A stretch of DNA of 63,961 nucleotides, the filler included, from Octopus bimaculoides (lineage: Eukaryota): assembly GCF_001194135.2 (NCBI RefSeq). It is 8 parts of 8 records of this genome, joined end to end, with 100 filler letters (N's around TTAATTAATTAA, not from the genome) between each part and the next. Parts side by side here need not be neighbours in the genome. Positions count along the whole stretch, not along the records: positions 1 to 28,965 come from NC_069009.1; 7 more parts are not named here. One strand, written 5' to 3'. The notes beneath the pieces were generated by a model. The model searched no databases and had not been told where the DNA came from. It was given only the letters and a program-made list of their open reading frames with translations. Both the position numbers and the translations under genes were made by a program. Within the stretch, counting starts at the first letter, position 1. The number at the start of each line of letters is the position of its first letter. This document shows positions 13,370-24,700 of the stretch, in pieces.

Positions 13370-13710
13370 ATCATCATCATCGTTTAACGTCCGCTTTCCA
13401 TGCTAGCATGGGTTGGACGATTTGACTGAGGACTGGTGAAACCGGATGGCAACACCAGGCTCCAATCTAATTTGGCAGAGTTTCTACAGCTGGATGCCCT
13501 TCCTAACGCCAACCACTCAGAGAGTGTAGTGGGTGCTTTTACGTGTCACCTGCACGAAAACGGCCACGCTCGAAATGGTGTCTTTTATGTGCCACCCGCA
13601 CAAGCCAGTCCAGGGACACTGGCAACGATCTCGCTCGAAAATCCTATGGGAGCCAGTCAGGCGGTACTGGCAACGGCCACGCTCAAAATGGTGCATCTCA
13701 TGTGCCACCC
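13370..13710 (-). mobile_element. RTE LINE 3' UTR copy with internal minisatellite
   Basis: (CAT)n-cgtttaacgtccgctttccatgctagcatggg... followed by repeated ggcaacggccacgctc.aaatggtg units. Confidence 0.85.
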
Positions 13711-13773
<63 letters not shown>

Positions 13774-13951
13774 CATACACATGCACACATATTCACACTT
13801 GTACACACATACATACAAACATACACACACATACACACACATGATAAGACAGACAGATAAATTAATTGATACACATACACAAACACCAAATTACCTTGAT
13901 GCTGAAAGCCCAAACATATACACAGTGTATAAAGGCAGTGAATGGCTTGAT

Positions 13952-13989
<38 letters not shown>

Positions 13990-14337
13990 CACACAGAGAA
14001 AAGATCAAGGTTAAAGTACGCTATTTATTTACTGACTACTGACAGAGAACATGACAGAAGAGAGAGCTTCTGACTATTAAACAAGGTGATCTCAGGGCTG
14101 ACACAATATCATTCTCATGGATTTCTACCCTGATTTCCCAAGCTATATAATATACAAAAGTAATGACAGTAAGTGATTCATTCAAATGCAATTTTTTTTT
14201 TTTTTACTAAGTGCAGGCATTACAATGTGACCAGACTGGAGTGCTCCTAATACATTAAAGGGTTTTTGTTGTTCATATCAGCCTCTTGTACCTCTCGACT
14301 TGTACTATGTGTATATCAATGCATGTATGTATATATG

Positions 14338-16874
14338 TGTAGTGACGTCATTTGGCGCCAAAATACAGTCGCCATTACTGCGTTTTCATCCACGCATGTG
14401 CAGGGAATAGTTCCGGAAGGAACACAGAAAGAGTCCCATGCGCATGCGTGGAATTCAACAGCTAAACGTTCCCGCTCTTTTCATTCTCTTTCTCGGTCGG
14501 CCGGCCATGAGCATGGACGGGTCAAGCTGTCTCTCCAGCATTCCAGCTCTGGGGACAGCTCATTCCAACGTTCCAACGTCTCAGCAACCATGCTCTCTCA
14601 CAGAAGTCGTCTCAGCAACCAAGATTAAGGCTGCCTATTTTCCTCCATAAATAAATATTGTTGTGTTGATAGTTCAGAGTTCTGCGTTTCGTTGTGTTTA
14701 TTCTGAATTTAATATAGGAAAGCGGGTGTACACCTAATGGTGCATAACCAATTTTCTATAATTGGTGACCCCGAACAAAGAACAATCGCAGCCGAGGATT
14801 CTGATCTACCGACCAATAATGTTACAACTGGTGACACGACTAAAAGAACAACTGCAGCCGAAAATCTGAACTGCGACCAATAATACTACAATTGGTATCC
14901 CAAGCTAAAAAGATCTACGGACCTCGTTTCAACAGCCATTGAATTCGTATGCTTCGCAACGTTCAACATCAGGATTGCCTCTACACTCTCATCAAACACA
15001 AGTGAAAAGCTAATAAAATTTTTCTACGTTAAAGTTTTTCATTTTGTCAATGACTTCTAGAGCCTATAAACAAAGACTTCTTTATTGCTAAGACCTTTGT
15101 GGTTTTTCACACAAAAAACTTCACGGTTATTTCATCCTAACAACTTTTCGAGTAATTTCCTATGTGTTTTACGCGACGTCAATTCATTCTTACACAGCGT
15201 CCTCTACTTGCTGAAAATAGCAGTAGAATGCACAGTTACATTTCAGTGAGTACATAACATTTATTGATGCTTACTTGTTCCCAGTTCAGCATATTTCACA
15301 CCTCTCCGTTTCTCTCGGCCGGAGAATGGAAGAGTTACTGGCTTATATTCATTTGCATCGAGATCTTTTGGTTTTTTTTCGCTCGCAGCTCCGAATTCAT
15401 GACAGCATTTTCCAGCAATGCCACCAACGGTACCTCTCAAATAGACGCCCTGTTAAATTTCTCTCTCCTGATACGCACCAACAGCTACCATCCCGCTTCT
15501 AATGGAATGGTTGAGCGTTTTCAGAGGCAATTTAAGGCTTCCTTACACGCCTCGCAACCCGTAGTCTTGAATTGAATTTCTTCAAGGTCGACGCTAATGG
15601 TCGTACAGAGATTGTGTCTGTCGACCGTCAGAGAAAGCGTACCTTTTCGAACACCACACACCACTGTCAACATCACTACCACCATACACATTGTCAACGC
15701 CTTTACCAATGCATACACCAACATCAACAAGCGCGGTTTTATTTTGACTCTGTTAGAGTGGATGTTTCCACTCACGATCAACAGACCATCCAGAATGTTC
15801 AGTACCAGGTAACAGGTCCCAACTAGCATCCGACGCTCAACTACAGCTCTGCTCACTGACCACAACTTCCTGCATATTAACATTCTAAATCTCCTCTACA
15901 TTTGACTTATTGTGTTTTAGTGGACAATTTCAGTGTTTTTTATTGAACATTTTTCTTCCTTTCAGAAAAAAAAAAAGAAAACAATCAGACTTTTCAGACT
16001 TTTACATTCCNNNNNNNNNNNNNNNNNNNNNNNNNNNNNNNNNNNNNNNNNNNNNNNNNNNNNNNNNNNNNNNNNNNNNNNNNNNNNNNNNNNNNNNNNN
16101 NNNNNNNNNNNNNNNNNNNNNNNNNNNNNNNNNNNNNNNNNNNNNNNNNNNNNNNNNNNNNNNNNNNNNNNNNNNNNNNNNNNNNNNNNNNNNNNNNNNN
16201 NNNNNNNNNNNNNNNNNNNNNNNNNNNNNNNNNNNNNNNNNNNNNNNNNNNNNNNNNNNNNNNNNNNNNNNNNNNNNNNNNNNNNNNNNNNNNNNNNNNN
16301 NNNNNNNNNNNNNNNNNNNNNNNNNNNNNNNNNNNNNNNNNNNNNNNNNNNNNNNNNNNNNNNNNNNNNNNNNNNNNNNNNNNNNNNNNNNNNNNNNNNN
16401 NNNNNNNNNNNNNNNNNNNNNNNNNNNNNNNNNNNNNNNNNNNNNNNNNNNNNNNNNNNNNNNNNNNNNNNNNNNNNNNNNNNNNNNNNNNNNNNNNNNN
16501 NNNNNNNNNNNNNNNNNNNNNNNNNNNNNNNNNNNNNNNNNNNNNNNNNNNNNNNNNNNNNNNNNNNNNNNNNNNNNNNNNNNNNNNNNNNNNNNNNNNN
16601 NNNNNNNNNNNNNNNNNNNNNNNNNNNNNNNNNNNNNNNNNNNNNNNNNNNNNNNNNNNNNNNNNNNNNNNNNNNNNNNNNNNNNNNNNNNNNNNNNNNN
16701 NNNNNNNNNNNNNNNNNNNNNNNNNNNNNNNNNNNNNNNNNNNNNNNNNNNNNNNNNNNNNNNAATAAATATTGTTGTGTTGATAGTTCAGAGTTCTGCG
16801 TTTCGTTGTGTTTATTCTGAATTTAATATAGGAAAGCGGGTGTACACCTAATAGTGTATAACCACTTTCCTATA
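14338..16874 (+). mobile_element. Internally deleted (non-autonomous) Gypsy LTR retroelement with both LTRs and a 4-bp TSD
   Basis: 5' LTR 14338-14760 (TGTAG...CTATA) then ATTGGTGACCCCGA PBS. The 3' LTR tail at 16764-16874 is near-identical to 14650-14760 (its 5' part lies in the gap). TATG flanks both ends (14334-14337, 16875-16878). Interior has only integrase scraps (SYHPASNGMVERFQRQFKASL; FKVDANGRTEIVSVDR). Confidence 0.85.
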
Positions 16875-16961
16875 TATGTATATGTTCTCTTTTTCTTTTC
16901 AAATATGGAATAAATTTTGACTGGCCAGCTATTTGATAGCAAGGTTGTGAAGGAAAGCATT

Positions 16962-17830
16962 TGTACATCATCATCATCATCGTTTAACGTCCGTTTTCCA
17001 TGCTGGCATGGGTTGGACGGTTTGACTGGGGACTGGCAGGCCAGGAGGCTACACCAAGCTCCAATCTGATCTGGCAATGTTTCTACAGCTGAATGCCCTT
17101 CCTAACGCCAACCACTCTGAGAGTGTAGTGGGTGCCTTTTACATGTCACCGGCACAAGGGCTTCAGTTAGGCGGCACTGGCGGTGGCCATGTTCGGATGG
17201 TGCTTTTTATGTTCCACTGGCACAGGAGCCAGTCGGGCAGCACTGGCAATGACCCACGCATGAATGATGCTTATTGCATGCTGCTAACATGAGAGCCAGT
17301 CAGGCATCACTCGCATCGGCCATGCTCGAATGGTGCTTTTTATGTGCCACCATCACGGAACCACTCAGGCAGCACTGGCATTGACCATGCTTGAACGGTG
17401 CTTTTACATGCCACTGGCATGGGTGCCAATCAAGTGGTACTTGTCATCGGCCATGACAATGACTTCACTCGCCTCAATAGGTCTTCACAAGCACAATTTA
17501 TTGACCAATGATTGAAGGGTACTCTTAAATGGGCTGGTTATGCTGCACTAGCATAGGCCATGGTTACGGTCTCACTTGGTTTGCCGAGTCTTCTCAAGCA
17601 TAGCATATCTCCAAAGGTCTCAGTCACTTGTCATCACCTTGGTGAGGCCCAATGTTTGAAGGTCATGCTTCACCACCTCATCCCAGGTCTTTCTGGGTCT
17701 ACCTCTTCCAAAGGTTCCCTCTACTGCTAGGGTGTGACACAGCTGTCCTCATCCATATGCAACACATGTCCATACCAGCACAGTCGTCTCTCTTGCACAC
17801 AATATCTGATGCTTCTTATGTCCAACTTTG
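16962..17830 (-). mobile_element. RTE LINE 3' end: ORF2 C-terminus, long 3' UTR with ~55-60 bp minisatellite, (GAT)n tail
   Basis: Minus strand CVQERRLCWYGHVLHMDEDSC...GRGRPRKTWDEVVKHDL (with a frameshift), followed by the UTR shared with 2388, 13370, 18530 and 21950. Confidence 0.9.
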
Positions 17831-17849
17831 TCCAACCTGTAATGATATT

Positions 17850-18090
17850 ACAATTTCATTCTAGCAACTTCTGCCATTTTGTGGACAGATCCATTATTTC
17901 TTGCTCAAATAATTTCTTCACCTTATTGGTGAAAAACTCTTCCAGGTGAATTTTTACATCCTTTTCAGATCTGAAGGTCTGTCTATTCAATGAATTTTGA
18001 AAAGACCCAAACAGGTGGACATTTGAAAGCCCAAGATCAAATGAATATGGAGGGTGTGGCAAAACTTCTTCATCAAGTCTCACTAACTCC
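17850..18090 (-). mobile_element. mariner transposase C-terminal fragment
   Basis: EVLPHPPYSFDLGLSNVHLFGSFQNSL...LEEFF...IMDLSTKWQK resembles the mariner PHPPYSPDLAPSDYHLF region. Confidence 0.85.
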
Positions 18091-18169
18091 TGCTACATCT
18101 GCAAAGAAATGTGCACTCTGGCACTATTATGATTTGTGTGTAAGTGTGCCTACACATACACACACACAG

Positions 18170-18202
<33 letters not shown>

Positions 18203-18208
<6 letters not shown>

Positions 18209-18420
18209 AGTGCTGCAAATTTCCTGGCTTTGGATAAAAGAAAATATAGGAGGATCAGTTTATTATGATTTTATTCAACATATTCCCTTCTCAGATTCAC
18301 ACATTTATTGCAGAAGTCCTTCAGGTTTTCTAAGCTCTGTAAAAGAACTTAGAATGTTGGGCTTCCAATGGGGCCTTTCATGATCCCTTAAAGCCAGGAA
18401 CTTTTCAGCACCCCCCCTCG
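18203..18420. mobile_element. mariner-type MITE (218 bp)
   Basis: TIRs cgagggagtgctgcaaatttcctggctt ... aagccaggaacttttcagcaccccccctcg; no ORF; inserted in a CA/TA microsatellite context. Confidence 0.8.
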
Positions 18421-18529
18421 TGTATATGTGTTAGACATTTGAGTAATGGAAAACAGGTTGAGATTAGCTTCAAAACATGTGTAGTATGGACCTACCTTCT
18501 CCATTCCTACACCTAAAATAATCATTACC

Positions 18530-18660
18530 ATCATCACCTTCATCATCATTTAATGTTTGTTTTCCATGCTGGCAAGGGTTGGGACAATTCCACAGGAGAT
18601 GGAAAGCCAGAGAGCTGCAGCAGGTTTCATTTGTCCATTTTGGCATGGTTTCTATAGTTG
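18530..18660 (-). mobile_element. Short RTE 3'-end copy
   Basis: catcatcatttaatgtttgtttccatgctggcaagggttgg... Confidence 0.7.
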
Positions 18661-18720
18661 AATATTTTTTATCATTACATACATATATACCTATATATAT
18701 ATAGTCTGTTAAAGTCTGTC

Positions 18721-18770
18721 ATACCGGCCATGACGAAGGGAAATAGCCCTGAAACTCGAGTCGCCTTTAT
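18721..18770 (+). ncRNA. Minimal type I hammerhead-ribozyme-like motif (Penelope/retrozyme type), core has a 1-nt defect
   Basis: ataccggc-C(A)TGACGA-AGGG aaatag CCCT-GAAAC-TCGA-GTC-gcctttat: stem I ggc/gcc (plus ata/tat), 4-bp stem II, palindromic stem III, GUC cleavage triplet. Confidence 0.6.
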
Positions 18771-20482
18771 ATATTTATATTTATATATTTATATATTTAT
18801 ATATTTGATCCTTTATATTGAACACTCAATATTTCATCTACATTCAATACTTTCTTTCATGGTGCCATCCATTTTTATTTTATTTTATTTTATATTATAT
18901 ATTGTATATTCCATATTCTATACCCCACATTGGTTCTGCAGGAATATAAATAAAACATAAAAAAACAGACAGTGTTGGAACTCTTTTAAACAAAATAATA
19001 TATTCCTCTATACACAATCATACAAAAAAACCACCTTTTTTGTATTTATTTTTACTTGCATGCCAGCATGGAAAACAGACATTAAACGATGATGATGATA
19101 TAGACAAATAGATAGATATATACATATATATACAAATATATACATAAATAAGAAACAAACATTAATGTTTAATAATTAATGTTATAAAGTTTAATAAAGT
19201 GCTCAAATTTCACACCCTCCCCCAATTTAAATTTTGAACTTTTTCATCCATTTATTTATTTGTCTGTCTCTCTTATTTATCTCTTTATCCGTTTATTCAT
19301 AAAATATATTTGTCAACTAAATGTGGCGGTCCTAGAGAAGACGGTGTTACTGTTGCTTTTAGCTCCAGGAAGACTTTCATATCTATCTATCTATTTATAC
19401 ACATATCTATCTATCTATCTATCTCTTTATGCGCCTATCTATATTGAATTTTAAAGTTTCAATACGTGGTTTCTTGCATATCCAGAATCTCCATCATCTA
19501 AAACATAGGGGAAAAAAATTTTTGGAAAAGTTTGAAATTTTAAATGGCAGTGGTGTTGGTGGTTTAAAAATTTTTTTTTTTTTTTTTGCATATTCATAAT
19601 CTCTGACATCTAAAACGTAGGAATCTGAAAAAAAACTGCATTTTTCAAGGAGAGATGTGAAACTGCATTAGCCCTGTACATACATATATACATATACACA
19701 CGTATAGAGTAATGCCCTGATATACAAGTTAAGTGAAAACTCATAAAGCAGAGCAATAATTTCCCATAGTAGCATATAAAATAGATCATAATTCATTTCC
19801 AGAAAAATATTTTACTTATAAAATTTTAAATACTTGTAAATAAATGGTAATAAAACAACAGTAGAATGTTAAGAATATTTTATGATAAAATATATTATTA
19901 TTATAATCATTTTCTGAATCACTTTCACTTGTTCTAGAAGACACAAGCACTCATAGACAGACTTATAGAGTTCTTTTTTAAAAAAACAAGTCTAGAGTTT
20001 GTTGCTTTGAAGAAGCCTTTTTTTTGTTCCCTATAAATTTCTTGATAACATGCAGAAGCATTTGTTTATGGTAGTGGAAACTTCTGCATTTTGTTCAAAA
20101 TTTGGATCTTATGCTTGAAAAAGTTACTATAAAACATATAACTTGTAAACCCGGGGTCCCATAAAGCAGGTCCTTGTAAAGTGAGGTATTACTGTGCATA
20201 TATNNNNNNNNNNNNNNNNNNNNNNNNNNNNNNNNNNNNNNNNNNNNNNNNNNNNNNNNNNNNNNNNNNNNNNNNNNNNNNNNNNNNNNNNNNNNNNNNN
20301 NNNNNNNNNNNNNNNNNNNNNNNNNNNNNNNNNNNNNNNNNNNNNNNNNNNNNNNNNNNNNNNNNNNNNNNNNNNNNNNNNNNNNNNNNNNNNNNNNNNN
20401 NNNNNNNNNNNNNNNNNNNNNNNNNNNNNNNNNNNNNNNNNNNNNNNNNNNNNNNNNNNNNNNNNNNNNNNNNNNNNNNNNN

Positions 20483-20764
20483 CTGACCAAAGCCTTGTGA
20501 GTGGATTTTGTAGACAGAAACTGAAAGAAGCCTGTTGTATATATGTATATACATATATATGTGTGTGTGTGTTTATCCCTGATCATTGCTTGACTACTGA
20601 TGTTGGTGTGTTTACATCCCCGTAACTTAGCGGTTCAGCAAAAGAGACCGATAGAATAAGTACTAGGCTTACAAAGAATAAGTCCTGGGGTCAATTTCTT
20701 TGACTAAAGGCGGTGCTCCAGCATGGCCGCAGTCAAATGACTGAAACAAGTAAAAGAGTAAAGA
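20483..20764 (+). mobile_element. Composite SINE B 3' part + microsatellite + SINE C
   Basis: caaagccttgtgagtggattttgtagacagaaactgaaagaagcc - (TA/TG)n - gttggtgtgtttacatccccgtaacttagcggttc...atgactgaaacaagtaaaagag; same composite in reverse at 30945-31285. Confidence 0.85.
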
Positions 20765-20784
20765 GATATATTTACACAGTGTGC

Positions 20785-20940
20785 TTCTTTCAATTTCTGT
20801 CTACGAAATCTCCTCATAAGACTTTGGTCAGTCTGAGGCTATAGCAGAAGACAGTTGCCCAAGATTGCACACTGTGGGACTAAACCCAGAACCATGTGGT
20901 TGGGAAGCAAGCTTCTTATCACACAGTTGTGCCTGTGCCT
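20785..20940 (-). mobile_element. tRNA-derived SINE family B
   Basis: Reverse complement of gtgataagaagcttgcttcccaaccacatggttctgggtttagtcccacagtgtgcaatcttgggcaactgtcttctgctatagcc. Confidence 0.8.
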
Positions 20941-21339
20941 ATATATGTGTATGTGTGTGTGTGTGTGTGTGTGTCCTTGTGTCCATATTTGCTTTCCTCT
21001 CCAATGCTTGACAACTGGTGTTGGTTTGTTTACATTGCACTAACTTAGCAATTGGGCTGATGGTACTGATAAAATGTGTATCAGGTTTAATGGGGGTTGA
21101 TTCATTTGACTAAAAATTCTTCAAGGCCCCTGTCCATGACAAAAACAATTAAAAAGTAGAATATGTCTGTCTGTGAGTCTATCAAGACAGCTGTGGAGAT
21201 TGTTAGAATAGAGGTTGCTATTACACTATAATCAAACACTGAAGTACTTGAGCTGACATCTTGACCTTGTTGTGACCTCTGCTGACCTCAGTTTATCTCA
21301 ATATTGCCATACTAGCAGCAGTAGATATCATGTAATTTG

Positions 21340-21600
21340 GTGGTGGTTTATAGTAATATAGTTTTAGTTGTGGTAGTGGTTGAAGTAGTGATGGGGGTAG
21401 TGGGGGTGATAGCAGCAGGGGTGGTGACAAGGGTAGGGGTCATGGTGGTGATGACATTGATGGGGACGATGGTGTTGGTGGTGGTGTCCATGGTGGTAGT
21501 GCTGATGGCAGTGGTTGTGATGGTAGTGGAGATGATTGTGTTGAAGAAACTGTGTGAGTGTGTGTGTTTGTATAAAGATTGTTGAGGAAAGTGGAAGCTT
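21340..21600. repeat. Degenerate (GTG/GTA)n low-complexity tract
   Basis: Direct inspection; gives poly-V and poly-T ORFs. Confidence 0.85.
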
Positions 21601-21949
21601 GGCACAGGGTGGAGTGGGGGGTTGGGGCAGGGGTTGGTACAGTTGGTGTTCCTGTGTGTTTTCCTATGCTAGTATGGGTTAGCTGAATACATATTGAAGC
21701 ATTAAAACAACCTTCTCTGCATTATACTAAATGTAAATACATAGTTGAAAGGCAAATTTACTGCTGTATTCATCCAAAGAAAACATCTCTTATATGGATG
21801 TGCTGTATTTCAAAATGCAATATATATTGGAAGGAAATGAAAATCCTCCCAGCAGCAGCTGGTGAGGATATCATCATCATCATCATTGTTGTTGTTGTTG
21901 TTGTCATCAGCATCATCATTGTTGTCACCATCGTCATCATCATCATTAC

Positions 21950-22170
21950 CATTGTCATCCTCATCATCATTTAATGCCTATTTTCCATGCTGGCATGGGT
22001 TGGATGGCATTGACATGTAGTGGCAAGTCAGAAGACTGTATCCAGCTCCAAATAGCGCCTTTGGCATGATTCCTACAGTTTGATGTCCTTCGTAGCACCA
22101 ACCACTTTACAGAATGTACTGGGTGCTTTTTCCGTGACACCAGCACCGATAAGGTCTCTAGGTAACTTGC
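21950..22170 (-). mobile_element. RTE 3'-end copy
   Basis: catcatcatttaatgcctattttccatgctggcatgggttggatgg... Confidence 0.8.
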
Positions 22171-22519
22171 AGGACAAACCCCATCAAAGGAAGGGGAGTG
22201 GAATGGAGGAACAGAACTGGTGTCTTGCATCAGAGAAGAAACATGGCTACCTTAGGTGGAGAGAGGAAGGAGAGGAAATGGTGAAGATGTAACAAGGTGG
22301 GGACAGGGGCCATTTACTCAAGTTAGAGGGATGTGTATAAAGTGAAGTGGCTAGGAGATTGGAGAAGGTGAGTGGATGGGTGGGTGAGTTTACAAGATAA
22401 AGAAAGGAACATGGGAGCTAGAAGTGTGTGTGTATGTGGGGGTGGCAGTGATGTAATGAGTGGGCACTGGTAGAGGGAAGAGACATTAGGAGGATTATGT
22501 TGTGGGGAAGGGATCTAAC

Positions 22520-22760
22520 AGGGACATGATTCAGAACACTTGGGTAGAAAAGGCATCACATGTAGTGATCGAATTCTGATGGAGATTCAGCAAAAGAACC
22601 AGGTCACCAGTGTAGAGTTGCTCCCAGGGGTAACCAATTTTAAATTCCTTTGTTATGGCCTAAAGGTAAATGATAAACAAGAAGTGGGGGGGGGCGCTGA
22701 GAACCAATCCTTGGTGAACTACCTGTACACTAAATTCGTAATGGAGAGCATAGGAGGAGG
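22520..22760 (-). mobile_element. RTE RT fragment
   Basis: EFSVQVVHQGLVLS resembles the RT motif F.V.VGVHQGSVLSP. Confidence 0.6.
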
Positions 22761-22899
22761 TGGAGGGAAGATGGTTTGTAGTGGGAGATGGGGTCAAGGG
22801 TATATGCCTCTATGTCCTTGATTTTATTTACCTGGGTGGGTCTTCTCAAGTACACCAATTCCTCAATTGTCTTGTCCTTTGTCATCTCTGTGAGGTTCA

Positions 22900-24700
22900 A
22901 TATCTGAGGATCGTTTCACCGCTCTTCTGTGTCTTCCTAGGTCTACCTCTTCTACATGTTCCCTCCACATTTAGAGATTGGCAGCTGTCCTCCTCCATCT
23001 GCATCACATGACCATACCAGCACAGTCTTTTCTCTTGCACACTACATCTGATGCCACTTATACCCAATTTTTCTCACAAAACATTTACACTTTGTCATAC
23101 ATGAACACACTGCACATTTAGTGGAGCATGCTGACTTCATTTCTTTCAGACTTTTACATGTCCTCTGCAGTCACAACCTGTGTTTCACTGCCGTGTAGCA
23201 TAGCTGAGGGAGAGTCCCTTTGTAACCAACACTGGTAGCAGCTCTTTGAACTTTACCTTAATGGCTATTCTAGCAACTATGCTTTCAGAGCAAACTCCTC
23301 TACTGCTAATTAGGTCACCTAGGTAACAAAAGCTATGACCCCTGGACATTTGAGGAAATCTATTTCCTGTACATTCCTGGTGTTTATTGTATCTATACAT
23401 CTGCCACACACAAACACTTCTTTCTCTGCTAACCTTCCACTGCACCTCTTATATGAACATAGCTTACACAGGGTACACCATATGGAATTTCTACCTACAC
23501 ATTTTCTACAGTACCATTTCCCTGAAGGGATTAGTAATTTGTCTGTTTTCCTATTTACTAGTACTATGGTCGGATCTTTCTGATTTGGCGGACACCGCTG
23601 TTTTATTTAGTGTGTTTTCTACTGAAACACTTTAAAACTTTGTATACTTGTATATTTTGTCTTATAGGACAGAAAAATTTTGTATTCGAGGTTATTTCAT
23701 GTTAAAAATTTTCATGTTTCGGTAATTTCAACCAATCACTGACGTCTATTGAGGTGAAAACAATTACTGCTGTGTTGTTTACAATCCACAGCAGTAATTG
23801 TTTTCACCTCAATAGACGTCAGTGACTGGTTGAAATTACTGAAATACGAAAATTTTTAACATGAAATAACTTGGAATACAGAAACTTTTCTTAACAAGAA
23901 TAAGAGAAAAAGATGTTTTATATGACACATTCTACCAGTATCCCAAATTTGAAAGTGTTTTGTTAGAAAACAGACGGTGTCCGCCAAATCAGAAAGATCC
24001 CTATGGTCTTTGCTAAATTAATTCTAAGGCTCTTGGTTTCACACCCTTGAAATTTTTTCTTTAATTCTGGTAGAGATTCAGTTATAAGAACAAGGTCATC
24101 AATGAAGAGGAGCCCCCAAGGTCTTGAATTCCTCTATGTCCTCTAGAACAGGGATTAACAAGAGAGGGCTGAGAACAATCCTTGATGAACACCTCCCTGC
24201 ACATTAAATTTGTTGCTCTACTCATTGTCAACTTTTACCTTACTGACAGCATCCCTGTACATAGTTTAAACAGCTCATGCAAGCCACTCGTCTACCCCTA
24301 GGTTCTGCAACAATCACCAGATGAGAAAGTTAGGGACTCTGGTAAATGTTGATACCCATGTCAATAAATGCCAAGGACAGCAATTGTATTACTAGGAAGA
24401 TAGCATCTGTAGTACTTTTCCCTAGCATAAAACCAGACATCATCTCATCTGATTAACTCTCTCCCTAATTAGTTATGCTATGACCCTCTCTGTATTTTCA
24501 TGACCTGCTCCAATAATTTGATAACTCTGTAATTTTGTCTTAAGGCATCACCTTTATTTTTGCAGCATTTAACTATATGGGTGACTAAGCTGTATCCCAT
24601 TCCACAAGATATTTTAAGCATCTTGGTGGTAATTCCTGATGGACCAGGGGCTTTTCCAGTCTTCATATACTTGTCTTCTCAATCATGATGCTATCAACTC
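22900..24700 (-). mobile_element. RTE LINE ORF2 (RT to C-terminus), decayed, interrupted by a MITE at 23572-24000
   Basis: MKTGKAPGPSGITTKMLKIS (24666), VQGGVHQG and LLFIDDLVLI (~24080-24210), KSLRINLAKTIVLVNRKT continuous across the MITE, Cys-rich segment, FCYLGDLIS...KFKELLPVL, and a RWYGHV-like motif (LCWYGHV) near 23000. Confidence 0.9.
23572..24000. mobile_element. 429-bp MITE with GGATC-ended TIRs and exact 8-bp TSD (CTATGGTC)
   Basis: TIR ggatctttctgatttggcggacaccg / cggtgtccgccaaatcagaaagatcc; CTATGGTC at 23564-23571 and 24001-24008; inner ~90-bp near-perfect hairpin. Confidence 0.95.

Noticed and set aside
15910-16851. Long ORFs of 200-350 aa in the ORF track (also 30192-30969, 38961-40071, 55281-55770)
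   Set aside because: They are open only because they run through N gaps.
17130-17460. ~55-60-bp repeated units resembling a repeat-spacer array
   Set aside because: Minisatellite internal to the RTE 3' UTR, also present in the copies at 13560 and 25630.
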